DNA of 64,000 nt, taken from positions 256,589-320,588 of the forward strand of contig JBAZXP010000001.1 in assembly GCA_041659805.1 (NCBI GenBank), read 5' to 3'. Under the pieces are notes generated by a model. It searched no databases. It saw only the letters and a list, made by a program, of their open reading frames with translations, and had not been told where the DNA came from. This document shows, piece after piece, positions 1-10,409 of the stretch (its first letter is position 1; each line of letters opens with the position of its first letter). Both the position numbers and the translations under genes were made by a program. Source of the stretch: Microgenomates group bacterium (GTDB lineage Bacteria; Patescibacteriota; Microgenomatia; Daviesbacterales; UBA10151).

Positions 1-1
1 T

Positions 2-367
2 AGGGCCGGAGGGACATGGGAGTTAACTAAAAATTCAGAAAATGCTGCTTCCCGTGAGCTGGTAATTGAACAATGTGGTAATTGCCCTTCAGGAAGATTG
101 GTTGCCTGGGATAAAAAAACAGGAAAAGCAATTGAGCCGAAATTTAAAATGGAAATTAGTTTAATTGAAGATGCTTCGTCAAAAGTCAGTGGTCCGGTTT
201 GGGTAAAAGGAGGGGTGCAGGTGGAATTGGAAAACGGAGACAAGTATGAAATCAGAAACAGGCAAACCCTGTGCCGTTGCGGCAAATCCAAAAACAAACC
301 TTTTTGTGATGGTTCACACATTGATTGTGAGTTTAATGACGGGGATAAAAGCATAAATTCTAAATAA
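2..367 (+). CDS. CDGSH iron-sulfur domain protein, 5' partial
   Basis: Frame open from the window edge (…EQCGNCPSGRLVAW…); C-terminal LCRCGKSKNKPFCDGSH is the CDGSH motif. Confidence 0.9.
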   Translation, partial: RAGGTWELTKNSENAASRELVIEQCGNCPSGRLVAWDKKTGKAIEPKFKMEISLIEDASSKVSGPVWVKGGVQVELENGDKYEIRNRQTLCRCGKSKNKPFCDGSHIDCEFNDGDKSINSK

Positions 368-510
368 TGATCATAAGAATCAAAGAAGGTTTCAGGGTGA
401 TTTCTGAAAAAACTGGCAGGAATTTTGGGACTTATAAAAAACTGGAGGACGCCAAGAAAAGATTGAGACAAATTGAATTTTTTAAACATTTACGTGGCGG
501 AAGAAATTAG
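367..510 (+). CDS. Small basic hypothetical protein, 47 aa (not in ORF track)
   Basis: ATG overlaps the upstream stop (TAATG); translates MIIRIKEGFRVISEKTGRNFGTYKKLEDAKKRLRQIEFFKHLRGGRN. Confidence 0.75.
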   Translation: MIIRIKEGFRVISEKTGRNFGTYKKLEDAKKRLRQIEFFKHLRGGRN

Positions 511-525
511 TTAGTATTAACAATT

Positions 526-1194
526 ATGGTCGATACAACAGCAGAAACTTCCTTAGGGTCATTTCAAATACAAGAATGGAGTCAGCGGACTCGCTCGGAA
601 ATTTATTTAGATGAAAAGGCAGGGATAATCCGCAAAAAGATAAACTATTTGGAAGGCTTTAATTATGGCTTAACTCATGTTCCTGAAGCTGAAGATTATA
701 AAGAAAGAGTAGGTTGGGCAATTGAAGTGTTGGAGGATGAAGCGTTCGGATTAAAAGAGTTTTTGCCAAAATCTGAACTAATAATTGAAGAGGATCTAAA
801 AGGGGAGAGTTGCTATATAGATTCCAAATATATAAAAGGGGAAAGATTAGAAGACATTGTGGATCCTAACGAAGCAGTTGTTTCCCAATTGGTCGAATTT
901 TTAACTAGATGTATAAAAATGGCAGAAATTACAAAAAAATCAGATATGATTATTTTGCCTGATTTATTGGGTGGAGTAGAAAAACCAAATCCTGAATTCA
1001 GAAATTTTATTGTGGAAGAGGAAACTGATAAATTATTTTTTGTTGATTTTTATCCATTGGCGATATTGGGAACAGGCATATCTGCTTGGGGTAAAAGAAG
1101 AAAATACAGGCAGAATTTAGAAAACGCAGCTAAAAAAATGGGAGATGATCGGGTATTCCATAGAGCTCATGCATTAAATGAAATTCTTAAATAA
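526..1194 (+). CDS. Hypothetical protein, possibly kinase-like fold
   Basis: 222-aa ORF; PDLLG…RNFIV…FFVDF spacing resembles kinase catalytic and Mg-binding loops. Confidence 0.55.
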   Translation: MVDTTAETSLGSFQIQEWSQRTRSEIYLDEKAGIIRKKINYLEGFNYGLTHVPEAEDYKERVGWAIEVLEDEAFGLKEFLPKSELIIEEDLKGESCYIDSKYIKGERLEDIVDPNEAVVSQLVEFLTRCIKMAEITKKSDMIILPDLLGGVEKPNPEFRNFIVEEETDKLFFVDFYPLAILGTGISAWGKRRKYRQNLENAAKKMGDDRVFHRAHALNEILK

Positions 1195-1195
1195 C

Positions 1196-3355
1196 TTATA
1201 TCCCGATTACTTTGAACGTTGAACCAGTTGCTCCTTTTGAAACTTCAATTCTGGTTGGGAATTCTTCTTTTAATTCTTCCAAATGAGTAATAACTAATAT
1301 TTTTTCAAAATCATTTTTGATGGCATCAAGTGCTTCAACTATTCTGGCTCTGCCCTGGGCATCTTGCGTTCCGAAACCCTCATCTACTACTAAGAATTGA
1401 AGTTTGGCTCCGGCTCTGTGGGTCAGTAACTTTGACAGGGCTAATCTTACAGTAAAATTGACCCGGAATTGTTCACCGCCCGAGTATGCTTCATATGGTC
1501 TTTCTCCCATTTCATCCGAAATAATTATATCCAAAGTTTCAACGATTCCTTTTTCTCCTCCTGAAACTTTGGTTTTGGTCTCCCTTTGAGTTTCTAATCT
1601 GATTTTCATTCTTCCGTCGGATAGCTTATCTAACAACTTGTTTGCTTCGTCCTCTATTTCAGGAATGGCATTTTCAATAATCATGGCTTGAATACCTTTT
1701 TTTCCAAAAGCTAAAGCCAATTCTTCATATGAAGCTTTTTCAGCTTTTAAAGACGCCTTTTCATCCATTTTTATTTTTTGAGTTTTTTCCAGTTGAGCAG
1801 TTCTAGATATCAATTCATTAATTTGACCCAAAACTCCGTTGGCTTCTTTTTCTTCCTGTCTTTTTACATTAAGCAAATTTTCAATTTCTGTAATTTTCTT
1901 ATTTATTTCTGATAACTGGTTAGATAAATCAGGATATTTTTCTATTTCTGTTTGTTGCTCTGTAACCTGTTTATTTTTATTTGCATAAAGTGTTCGCATC
2001 TCTAAAACTACTTTTTGCTCTGATTCTAATGTTGCCTGTAAACTGACCTTTAATTCTTTTTGTTGTTGCAGTTTTTCCAAATCTAACAGTTTGGTAGTAA
2101 CCTGTAAATATTTTCCGGAATCAAAATCTGAAATTTTAATTGATTGTTCCAACGTTTCTTTTTCTTTTTCCTCTTCCTGAAAATTAATTTTTGCTAAGTC
2201 TTTTTTAAAATTTTCAATTTGATTTAAAAGCTCGTTTTTAACATGATCTTTTTCTAATTTTCCAATTTCCTGACCACAAGTGGGGCACTTCGCTCCTGTT
2301 TTTTCACTTTCGCTTAACTTAGAGTTTAGTTTATTAATTTCATTAGTAAATTGTTCTGTTTGTTGCTTTTTTAAATTGATATTTCCTTGTAAAACTGATA
2401 GCTTTTTTTCCAGCTCCAGTTTTTCTTCTTTTGCTTTTTCCTGTTTTGATTTTTCAGTTTCTAAATTTTTCTTTTCAACCAGCTGAAGATCAACATCTTT
2501 TAGGGTTTCCAGTTGTTTTGTAATTTGATCAATTTTTTCTTTTCTCATCTTTCCCTGATAAATAATTTCATCTAGTTCTTTTTTGTTAGACAAATAATTT
2601 TGTTCAAGCTTTACTCTTTGTTCTGATGCTAAATTTAAGGTTTCTTTCTGCGATCTTTTTGTTTTTAACTTTTCATCCAACTCTTTAATATCAGATTCCA
2701 GTTTTAAAATAACTTCTTCAGCTGTTTTTTTCTTTTCTGTTCTTTCTTCTTTTTGGGTCAGTTCTGCTTCTATTTCCAAAACCTGATATTCCAAACGCTG
2801 CAGAGTTACCTGAATGTCTTTTACTTTTTCCTTAACTTTTTCTTCCAACACGTCATAGTGGGCAAGACCTAAAATATCTGCCAGAATTCTTTTTCTGTCA
2901 CTGGGTCCTTTAGTGGTAAATTCATCAGCATGTCCCTGACGTAAAAACGCAGAGTTAGTAAAAGTTTCATAAGTTAAGTGTAGGGTATCAATTATTTTTT
3001 GCTGAGTTGCTTTGATGGTTCCTTCAGTTAAATTATGTGTGCCTGATAAAAATTCAAGAGAAGTTGAACCGCCGCTTTTGGTGTTTCTTGAACGCTTAAT
3101 AGTAAAAATATTTCCATCAAGTTCAAAAGATAATTCAACAGTCATCAATTGCTGTCCTGAATGAACTAATGCGTCAGCGTTATCACCTAAGCGGGAAGTA
3201 CCCCAAATACACCAGGTGATTGAATCAAGAAGAGATGATTTACCTGCACCATTTGATCCCGAAATTGCAGCCAGATGAAATTTGGTAAAATCAAGTTCAG
3301 GTACATCGGTACCGTAAGAAGTAAAGTTTGATAATTTTAATTTAGTCGGAATCAT
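1196..3355 (-). CDS. sbcC: SbcC/Rad50-family SMC ATPase
   Basis: Walker A GSNGAGKS, coiled coil, zinc hook CPTCG, signature YSGGE, Walker B/D-loop VDEGFGTQD; adjacent to sbcD. Confidence 0.95.
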   Translation of the reverse strand: MIPTKLKLSNFTSYGTDVPELDFTKFHLAAISGSNGAGKSSLLDSITWCIWGTSRLGDNADALVHSGQQLMTVELSFELDGNIFTIKRSRNTKSGGSTSLEFLSGTHNLTEGTIKATQQKIIDTLHLTYETFTNSAFLRQGHADEFTTKGPSDRKRILADILGLAHYDVLEEKVKEKVKDIQVTLQRLEYQVLEIEAELTQKEERTEKKKTAEEVILKLESDIKELDEKLKTKRSQKETLNLASEQRVKLEQNYLSNKKELDEIIYQGKMRKEKIDQITKQLETLKDVDLQLVEKKNLETEKSKQEKAKEEKLELEKKLSVLQGNINLKKQQTEQFTNEINKLNSKLSESEKTGAKCPTCGQEIGKLEKDHVKNELLNQIENFKKDLAKINFQEEEKEKETLEQSIKISDFDSGKYLQVTTKLLDLEKLQQQKELKVSLQATLESEQKVVLEMRTLYANKNKQVTEQQTEIEKYPDLSNQLSEINKKITEIENLLNVKRQEEKEANGVLGQINELISRTAQLEKTQKIKMDEKASLKAEKASYEELALAFGKKGIQAMIIENAIPEIEDEANKLLDKLSDGRMKIRLETQRETKTKVSGGEKGIVETLDIIISDEMGERPYEAYSGGEQFRVNFTVRLALSKLLTHRAGAKLQFLVVDEGFGTQDAQGRARIVEALDAIKNDFEKILVITHLEELKEEFPTRIEVSKGATGSTFKVIGI

Positions 3356-4510
3356 TTAACTTTCTAAAATCGTTGCTGCCAGTGATTCTAACTGTTTTAT
3401 TTTTTCAGGACTATATTGCTTGCTTTTAAAATATGTATGTAAGGCTTCTAAGGGGGAAAGTCTTTCTACTTCAACTTGGTTTTCCAGTTTTATTCTTTCT
3501 TTTCTTTCAACATTTCTGGAGATTCCGGCAATAGTAAAAGCAGAAGATAGGGCTTTTTTGATTTTATCCATTTCAATTTCTTTATCTAACTCTGCCGGGA
3601 TATTAATTACTACTTTGACGATTGCATCATCAATTGTATGTTTTTTAATTTCTTTTAAAATTGTTTCTGTTGGATCAATGTCGTCACCCTTAAGGTCAAC
3701 TTCAATGTTTAAAAAATTACGACAATTTGTTGGGACTAATTTAAAAGTGGCTTTTTTAGGAGAGGGGATATCTATCATGATAAAACCTTTTTCTTCTTTT
3801 GCTTCTCCGAAATCAATTCGCTCAGGTGAACCGGCATAAATTACAGGTGGATCAGCATTTAATATTTGATGTTTATGAATGTGGCCCAAAGCCACATAAG
3901 ATAATCTTCTGTCTGTTAAAAGTGATACGGGAACTGTGACATCAGTTCCTATAGCCAAGCCTTTCTCAGACCCCATCGAGGATCCTTCAACTTCCAAATG
4001 TCCTACAACAACAGCGGGGATGTTTGCATCAATTTTTTCATAAAAAGATAATAACTTTTCTCCCAAATCTTTAAACTCAGATTTATGTAACCAGGGGGCA
4101 GTGATAACCTGCAAGATTCCTGATTTAGTAGGGATTTTTAAGAATTCCGGTTTTCTGGAAACCCAAACATTATCAATTTCCAAAGCAGAATAAATATCCA
4201 AAGTATTAGCTTTGCCTTCGGCGTTCGGGGTATCGTGATTTCCCACTACTAAAATTACAGGAATCCCTGCTTTTGATAATTTTTTGATTCTTTCTCCAAA
4301 ACCTTTTTGTTGAGTAGGAGAAGGGTCTCTGGTTTTATAGGCATCTCCCGCCAGTAAAAATGCATCAACCCCCTCAGAAATAGCAGTATCAACCATCAAA
4401 TCAAAAGTGTTAAAAAAATCAATTAATCTACTATCTAAACCAGTTTCAGGATCTAATTTGGAGTAGTTGCTCATACCAATATGCAGGTCCCCTGTATGAA
4501 GTAGTCTCAT
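3356..4510 (-). CDS. sbcD: SbcD/Mre11-family nuclease
   Basis: Metallophosphoesterase motifs DLH, AGD, GNHD, LGHIH, YAGS. Confidence 0.95.
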   Translation of the reverse strand: MRLLHTGDLHIGMSNYSKLDPETGLDSRLIDFFNTFDLMVDTAISEGVDAFLLAGDAYKTRDPSPTQQKGFGERIKKLSKAGIPVILVVGNHDTPNAEGKANTLDIYSALEIDNVWVSRKPEFLKIPTKSGILQVITAPWLHKSEFKDLGEKLLSFYEKIDANIPAVVVGHLEVEGSSMGSEKGLAIGTDVTVPVSLLTDRRLSYVALGHIHKHQILNADPPVIYAGSPERIDFGEAKEEKGFIMIDIPSPKKATFKLVPTNCRNFLNIEVDLKGDDIDPTETILKEIKKHTIDDAIVKVVINIPAELDKEIEMDKIKKALSSAFTIAGISRNVERKERIKLENQVEVERLSPLEALHTYFKSKQYSPEKIKQLESLAATILES

Positions 4511-4578
4511 GGGTAGGATTGTATCATCAGTAAGTTTCGTTAACCAGTGAGAAATTTTTGATATAATCTTTACCAGTT

Positions 4579-5358
4579 ATGACTAATTTTGAATTTTTGC
4601 AAAAATACCAGCAGATGCAAAATGGTGTTATGTATGATGAAATTAAAGATTTTGGTTTTGCCCAGGTAGGATATTGTAAAGGTGATGATTCTTCTTTTTG
4701 GAATTTAGCTCTTGTGGATAAGTTATTAACACCTGAAGAGCTCCTGAAAATTGAGGAGTATCTAACTTCTTTAAACCGTAAACCAGCTTTATATTTTGAG
4801 AAACGGGATGAACTTGAGACATTAGTCGATTTTCTGAAAGATAAAAAATATCAATGGGATTATTCTGATTCCTGGTTATTTTATACGGGTAGTCCGATAG
4901 AAACTAACCGTTTTAATCAGGTAAAGAAAGTGGAGACTGAAGAAGAGCTGGAAGTATTCATAAAAACATTTGATGATTGTTATCAAGAAAACGACCCCCA
5001 AAACCCTTATGGAAAATTAGGTGATTATCTAGAAGTTGCCAAAAATTCATGGTTAAAGCATCATGCGAATAATAGATTGGAATATTTTGTTGCTTACAAG
5101 GAAAATCAACCAGTTGCAGTAGGTTCATTAAATAATTATTCTGGGATAGGATATATTTCTAATGTTGGTTCCTTGCCTGAAGTTAGAGGTGGGGGTTTTG
5201 GAAAACTGGTCACACTTTATATGGTTGAGCAATCAAAAAAGAAAGGGAATACAGAACATGTATTATCAACTGAAGAAGGACATTTTCCTCATGAGTTTTA
5301 TCAAAGAATAGGTTTTAAACCGCGTTTTGTAGCGACAGGTTATGTTAAAAATGAATAA
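4579..5358 (+). CDS. GNAT-family N-acetyltransferase
   Basis: C-terminal NVGSLPEVRGGGFG (acetyl-CoA motif A) and FYQRIGF. Confidence 0.85.
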   Translation: MTNFEFLQKYQQMQNGVMYDEIKDFGFAQVGYCKGDDSSFWNLALVDKLLTPEELLKIEEYLTSLNRKPALYFEKRDELETLVDFLKDKKYQWDYSDSWLFYTGSPIETNRFNQVKKVETEEELEVFIKTFDDCYQENDPQNPYGKLGDYLEVAKNSWLKHHANNRLEYFVAYKENQPVAVGSLNNYSGIGYISNVGSLPEVRGGGFGKLVTLYMVEQSKKKGNTEHVLSTEEGHFPHEFYQRIGFKPRFVATGYVKNE

Positions 5359-5806
5359 ATTAAAAGCAGGGGTGGATTATATTGCTGTTTCAGTTTCTTT
5401 TTATTGTCACAATGATGATGGGATATTTGTACTACATAAAAGAAGCGATAAATGCAGGGATGAGATTGGAGCTTGGGATTTTGGGGGAGGGAAGTTGGAA
5501 TTTGGTGAAGACCCGGAAACAGGGGTTTTAAGGGAAGTACTAGAAGAATATGGAGTTGAAGGAGAAATTGTAGAACAATTACCAGCCCATTCAATTATCC
5601 GTGAGCAAAAAGGAATTAAAACTCACTGGGTCGTGATTCCGTTTTTTATTAAAGTTGATCTGACTAAAATAAAAAATGCTGATCCGGAAAAAATTGCAGA
5701 AATAGAATTTTTCGAACTGGATAATTTACCCCAACCAATGCACACAGGCGCTGCCCACACCATGAAAAAATTTAAAAAACATTTTGAAAAATACAAAAAA
5801 GCCTAA
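5351..5806 (+). CDS. NUDIX hydrolase
   Basis: Nudix box GGKLEFGEDPETGVLREVLEEYG; start placed at the ATG overlapping the GNAT 3' end. Confidence 0.9.
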   Translation: MNKLKAGVDYIAVSVSFYCHNDDGIFVLHKRSDKCRDEIGAWDFGGGKLEFGEDPETGVLREVLEEYGVEGEIVEQLPAHSIIREQKGIKTHWVVIPFFIKVDLTKIKNADPEKIAEIEFFELDNLPQPMHTGAAHTMKKFKKHFEKYKKA

Positions 5807-5850
5807 GTTGTTAGTTGACAGTTAATATGGGAAAAGGGACAATTTATTTA

Positions 5851-6711
5851 ATGTCCAAACAAGCTGGTGTTGCTCCTATTGCCATTATAATTGCTGTGGT
5901 TGTAGTTCTTTTAGCTGGTGGTGGATATTTTTTAGCTTCTAAAAGCGGTTCTCTCCCTTCATCTGTTCCAGGTTTACCTGGAGGTATTAGTTTAAACCCT
6001 GATTGTAAACATAATGATCCAGATCTTTGTAAGTTTTTAAACAATGCGAACTCAATTAAAGACTACTCTATAAAGGGTGTTTATACTGCTCCTCAGGTAA
6101 AGTCAGAAAGTTTATTTGAGATTTCCGGTGAAGATAAATTTCACATGGTTACCTCAGAAAACGGCAAAGAATCATATAATGTGATAACTCTTGGAGATAC
6201 AACTTATACCAAAGATTATATCGATAATAAATGGTGGAAACAAAAAGCTACGAAACAGGTGGAAGATATCAAAAATCAGTCTGAATTTAAAGTTACAACA
6301 GATAGTAAACCAGAAGAAGATAAAACTACCTACAAATCCATGGGTAAAGAAGCTTGTGGCTCTAAACAATGTTTTAAATACCAACAAATCAATCCGGATA
6401 TGAAAGATGCAGTAGAATATATTTGGTTTGATGATAAAGAATATTTAGTAAGGAGACAAAGAGTTGAAGCAGCAGGAACAGTTTCTGAATCAGAATTTTC
6501 CTACGGAAAAATATCTATCAATGAACCATCTCCTGTAAAAGAGGGCAGCTCGGAATCAGCTGCTTTTCCATCAGGGATAACTCCGGGTTTTTCCAAGGAA
6601 GAGTTAAAAGTTATTCAGGAGGAAAGTCAAAAAACAATTGATTCTCAGCCAGTAGATTATACGATTCAACCAATTATTGATTCTGTGCAATCAGATACGT
6701 CACAAGAATAA
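5851..6711 (+). CDS. Membrane-anchored exported protein with pilin-like leader (LolA/LppX-like fold possible)
   Basis: MSKQAG|VAPIAIIIAVVVV N-terminus, beta-rich body with Cys pairs; TTGACA-17-GACAAT promoter 7 nt before ATG 5851. Confidence 0.65.
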   Translation: MSKQAGVAPIAIIIAVVVVLLAGGGYFLASKSGSLPSSVPGLPGGISLNPDCKHNDPDLCKFLNNANSIKDYSIKGVYTAPQVKSESLFEISGEDKFHMVTSENGKESYNVITLGDTTYTKDYIDNKWWKQKATKQVEDIKNQSEFKVTTDSKPEEDKTTYKSMGKEACGSKQCFKYQQINPDMKDAVEYIWFDDKEYLVRRQRVEAAGTVSESEFSYGKISINEPSPVKEGSSESAAFPSGITPGFSKEELKVIQEESQKTIDSQPVDYTIQPIIDSVQSDTSQE

Positions 6712-6712
6712 A

Positions 6713-7219
6713 TTAGATTCTATAAAAGTTAAATTCTCCCAGTTTTTTATAGGGCTTCAATTTTTGGAAATGATAAGTTTGAGTAATAATCACAGTTCTC
6801 TTTTTTAATTCCTTCGGTAATTTTTCTTCCAGTCTTTTAACTCCTTTGGTCAAAAGATAAATATAAATAATGTTGGCGTCGGAATAGTTTCTATTAAATA
6901 TATTTCCGTGAATAAATTTTGTATTCGGTAGATTTAAACTTTTGGCTTTAAAGGTAGAATATAAAACCCGTAACCAAGATTGTTCAATACCGACTCCATT
7001 TGCTCCTAATGATGTTGCCTCATATACTACTCTGCCGTCACCTGAACCGAGCTCATAAAACTTTTTACCTTTTTTGACTCCTGCAAGTTTTAAAACTTTT
7101 CTGATATTTTTCATTTTAGTGGGAACATAGGGCGCGTCTGTTCCTGCTAGCCACGACAAAGCCAACCCGCAAAAAGGGAAAAAGAACAGACTGAAAATTA
7201 AAAGATCTGATGTGGACAT
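6713..7219 (-). CDS. Class I SAM-dependent methyltransferase with N-terminal TM
   Basis: APYVPT motif and SAM motif ELGSGDG. Confidence 0.85.
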   Translation of the reverse strand: MSTSDLLIFSLFFFPFCGLALSWLAGTDAPYVPTKMKNIRKVLKLAGVKKGKKFYELGSGDGRVVYEATSLGANGVGIEQSWLRVLYSTFKAKSLNLPNTKFIHGNIFNRNYSDANIIYIYLLTKGVKRLEEKLPKELKKRTVIITQTYHFQKLKPYKKLGEFNFYRI

Positions 7220-7222
7220 ATA

Positions 7223-8245
7223 TTAGCGTCTGATTAGCTTTAATAAAAAGACTTTTAAGGGTAACATAATATCCACAAAAGTAAAAGCCCAAAAAACAAT
7301 CGGATTAAAAATTAAATCATAAGTATCGATATATTCAACCAGCCGGGCTCCTGTACCAGATTTAAATCTGGTAAAGCCCTTGTAAGGATCAGAATCAGGT
7401 GCGTTTGGGTTTGCTGCGCCCCAAAGGTCGAAATATTTGAGTCCTAATTTTTTTCCTATCTTAATTGCTTCCCAGGCAGTTGCATTGGTTGCCATGACAT
7501 TTTTATATTCATTAGATGATCCTCCATAAGGATAATAAAGTGTGTCATGAAAGTTAACCAGCATCCAAGCATTTAACGGAATTTTATCTTTCGAATTCGG
7601 TGGAGTATAAAAGGCAATGGCAACTCTAGCTAAATCAGATTCTCTTAGAATCTGCCAAATCTCTTTGTGATAGTGAATATCATGTCCGAAGTAATTTTGA
7701 CGCTTACAGGTTTCAAAAAATAATTTTAGAAAAATATCAAAACCCTCATCATCAACTCTTTCCTCGACTTTAACATCGTGTTTTTCTGCAACTTTGATAT
7801 TGTATCTGAATTTCGGATGCATATTTTTTAGAATTTCATCATCGGATTTTGTTAAATCAATAACATAGTTATATTTTGTAAAATGAGGTTTGGGTGATTT
7901 TTTGAACTTTTTATCGACCGTTGTTCTAACTGTTGATTCAATATTCGGTTCAACTTTTATAAAAGCACAATTTTCTTCTTTGCCGATTTGAATTAAAGCT
8001 TCTGCCAGTTCTTTGCTCGGGAAAAGTCCTTTAGCCAAATATCCTACATAATAATTAATTAAAGGAATTTTATGAAAAGATAAATGAAAAGCAGTTTTGA
8101 GTTTGCCATTTTCATACAAACCGAAGCGTTTGAGTTTTGTACCTAGGTTGATACGGAACTGCCCCCATTGCCAGGACTGAACAATATGGGAAACTGCATC
8201 GTTATATTGATCTTTTTGGTCCTCAGTAATTTCTTTTAAATCCAT
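7223..8245 (-). CDS. FemABX-family peptidoglycan bridge aminoacyltransferase
   Basis: QSWQWG, IKVEP, RYNIKVAEK, YYPYGGS, FDLWG, GFTRFK motifs. Confidence 0.9.
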   Translation of the reverse strand: MDLKEITEDQKDQYNDAVSHIVQSWQWGQFRINLGTKLKRFGLYENGKLKTAFHLSFHKIPLINYYVGYLAKGLFPSKELAEALIQIGKEENCAFIKVEPNIESTVRTTVDKKFKKSPKPHFTKYNYVIDLTKSDDEILKNMHPKFRYNIKVAEKHDVKVEERVDDEGFDIFLKLFFETCKRQNYFGHDIHYHKEIWQILRESDLARVAIAFYTPPNSKDKIPLNAWMLVNFHDTLYYPYGGSSNEYKNVMATNATAWEAIKIGKKLGLKYFDLWGAANPNAPDSDPYKGFTRFKSGTGARLVEYIDTYDLIFNPIVFWAFTFVDIMLPLKVFLLKLIRR

Positions 8246-8322
8246 GTACTTATTATAACCGCTTTTTTAAGAGGAATTGTTATGTAAGCGAGAAGGTGCT
8301 ATTATACAGCCCATAACCTTTT

Positions 8323-8952
8323 ATGGAAATAACAACCAGAACAATTATTTTGGCAGTAGTCTCAGTAGTAATCATTGCATTAATTTTAAGTGGAGTTTTT
8401 TATCTGCTCAGAAGTTCTAAACAGTTAGCAAACACAAACAAAAATACAGGTAATCCCCTGGAAAAATTGGGTGTTATTACGGCAAGTCCCACCCCAACCT
8501 CGGTTCAATCAGGGCAAACATCTGGTGTAACCTCATCTAATAACCAACCTTCAACTGTTGCAGTCAATATTAAAACTTATCAGGGAAGCAATTTTACAAT
8601 AAAATACCCACAGAACTGGGGAATTTTAACTTGTAGCGATTCAAAAAATATTGAACTGGATCCTTATAATAGTAATGATTTAATAAATTATGCATGTGAC
8701 AGGGCAATTAAGCCAATTACAATTATAGTTGGAGATGGCTCATTAAGCTGCCCTGGTGAGGCAGTTAAAATCGGCAATAATACAGTAGTCAGATCTAAAA
8801 CAGAAACAGCTAATTGGTTTAAAAACAGATGGTGTATTAATAAAAATGGTATGAGTTTTGATATTACTAATAGGATTAATTCTAAGGGAATTGTCGGCAC
8901 AGGAAAAGATGATTTTTCTTCTGAAATAGAAAAAACAATAGGTTCTCTGTAA
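8323..8952 (+). CDS. Single-TM exported protein with PsbP-like domain
   Basis: N-terminal TM, Ser/Thr/Pro linker, KTYQGSNFTIKYPQNW motif. Confidence 0.6.
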   Translation: MEITTRTIILAVVSVVIIALILSGVFYLLRSSKQLANTNKNTGNPLEKLGVITASPTPTSVQSGQTSGVTSSNNQPSTVAVNIKTYQGSNFTIKYPQNWGILTCSDSKNIELDPYNSNDLINYACDRAIKPITIIVGDGSLSCPGEAVKIGNNTVVRSKTETANWFKNRWCINKNGMSFDITNRINSKGIVGTGKDDFSSEIEKTIGSL

Positions 8953-8962
8953 AAGGTTAAGT

Positions 8963-9661
8963 TTAGAAGATTTGAATAGATGCTGCTTTTTTGATTTCAG
9001 CAAATTTTTGGCTAAAAATCTGATTTAGTTTTTGTGACTTTATATAATCAGTTGCTTCTTTTGTTAGCTCTGCTGGTTCTGAGGCTTGCATCTGTTCCTT
9101 ATTTTGTTCAATAAACTTAGAAATTTCATCTGCAGAAACAGAGGCTTCACTGGCGTACATTTTTTCCAATGAAAGTGAGATTTTTATTTGTTCTCTAACG
9201 CCTTTTCTTGTTTGTCCTTGTTGTTCAAGGAGTGATTCAAAGGCGGAAGCCCCACCAACTTGTTTCTCGATTTCGACAATTTTAGCGTCGATCTCTGCGT
9301 CGGTGACTTTTACTCCTTTTCTCTTAGCTTCACCTAAAATTAATTTTTCCTGAACCAACTGATCAACTGTCTGTTTTCTGAATTGGGCATCTTCTCTTTG
9401 TAGGACTTCAAGGGTGGTGATTGGGCTGCCATTAACTGTTGCTGCAACAAGCACACCCTTTTTGTAAGAGATTATTAAGGCAATAATAATAATGGCGATC
9501 GCAAGATATATAAGTTTATTCTTTTTCATTTGTGTAGGGCTGATGAGCGACTTAAGCGAAAAACCGGTAGCAGCAGAAGCATAGATTTCTTTATCTGTAA
9601 TCTCACTTTTAATAGGGGTTTTTCTGACTGTTTTTTTCTTGGTGGTTTTTGCTGTTGGCAT
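8963..9661 (-). CDS. SurA/PrsA N-terminal-domain chaperone without PPIase domain
   Basis: TM, then VAATVNGSPIT and LILGEAKRKGVKVTDAEID; promoter-like TACTAT 7 nt before ATG 9661. Confidence 0.8.
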   Translation of the reverse strand: MPTAKTTKKKTVRKTPIKSEITDKEIYASAATGFSLKSLISPTQMKKNKLIYLAIAIIIIALIISYKKGVLVAATVNGSPITTLEVLQREDAQFRKQTVDQLVQEKLILGEAKRKGVKVTDAEIDAKIVEIEKQVGGASAFESLLEQQGQTRKGVREQIKISLSLEKMYASEASVSADEISKFIEQNKEQMQASEPAELTKEATDYIKSQKLNQIFSQKFAEIKKAASIQIF

Positions 9662-9707
9662 AGAACCGATAGTAGCAAACAACTATACTTTTTGGCAATA
9701 GGGCAAA

Positions 9708-10409
9708 TTAATTAGTTAAGTAGATATCGACAAATTGAGCATGCCAGCCTGCTGTTCTGGCATCTTCAAACCCCAAATCAATAATATTTCCCTTAATAGC
9801 TCCTCCTGTATCACCGGCAATTGCCATTCCATAACCTGGTACATAAAGCTTTGTTCTGTATTTGATAACTTTTGGATCAACAGCAATAACTCCTTTGCCT
9901 TGTTTCATGCCGATAGAAGTCCATTCATTGCAACCCGGACAATGTGAATCATAATGAGTTGCCCAAACTCGCATTTTTTTCCAATATCTGATTTCACCAT
10001 CTGCAGTTTCCAGAGTTCTCCAGACAATTTTCGTTCCCCGGGAAATAATTTTATCTTTTGGATCAGTAGTTTCTGTGGCCACGATTTCTCGTTCATATTC
10101 AGTCCCTTCATGGTAAGTAATTTTGGTGATAATAGTTTTTTTACCTTCAACACCTTCCTCTAAAACTGTATCTGTTCCGGCTTCTGTTTCAGGGTCATCT
10201 TTATAAATAGTTTTATAAGGAATTGCGGTAGACGTCTCAACTGTTTTATCGGTAAATTGGGAATCAGTTTTGATCGGCTGTGAAGCTGTGTCATTTGCCG
10301 CCAGAGGGGCAGTATTATCGGCGCGGATGACAGGGATATGATTATTTATAGCAATTGCTGCTATTACTAAAAAAGCTCCAAAAATTGTATAAACTATTCG
10401 TTCAGCCAT
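9708..10409 (-). CDS. G5 + 3D domain cell-wall lytic protein
   Basis: G5 (IPYKTIYKDD…EGVEGKK…RGTK) and 3D (IAVDP, DTGGAIKGNIIDL). Confidence 0.9.
   Translation of the reverse strand: MAERIVYTIFGAFLVIAAIAINNHIPVIRADNTAPLAANDTASQPIKTDSQFTDKTVETSTAIPYKTIYKDDPETEAGTDTVLEEGVEGKKTIITKITYHEGTEYEREIVATETTDPKDKIISRGTKIVWRTLETADGEIRYWKKMRVWATHYDSHCPGCNEWTSIGMKQGKGVIAVDPKVIKYRTKLYVPGYGMAIAGDTGGAIKGNIIDLGFEDARTAGWHAQFVDIYLTN

Noticed and set aside
1196-4510. SbcCD as a Wadjet/Lamassu-type defence system
   Set aside because: Canonical Mre11 + Rad50 pair with zinc hook and no effector genes; ordinary DNA repair.
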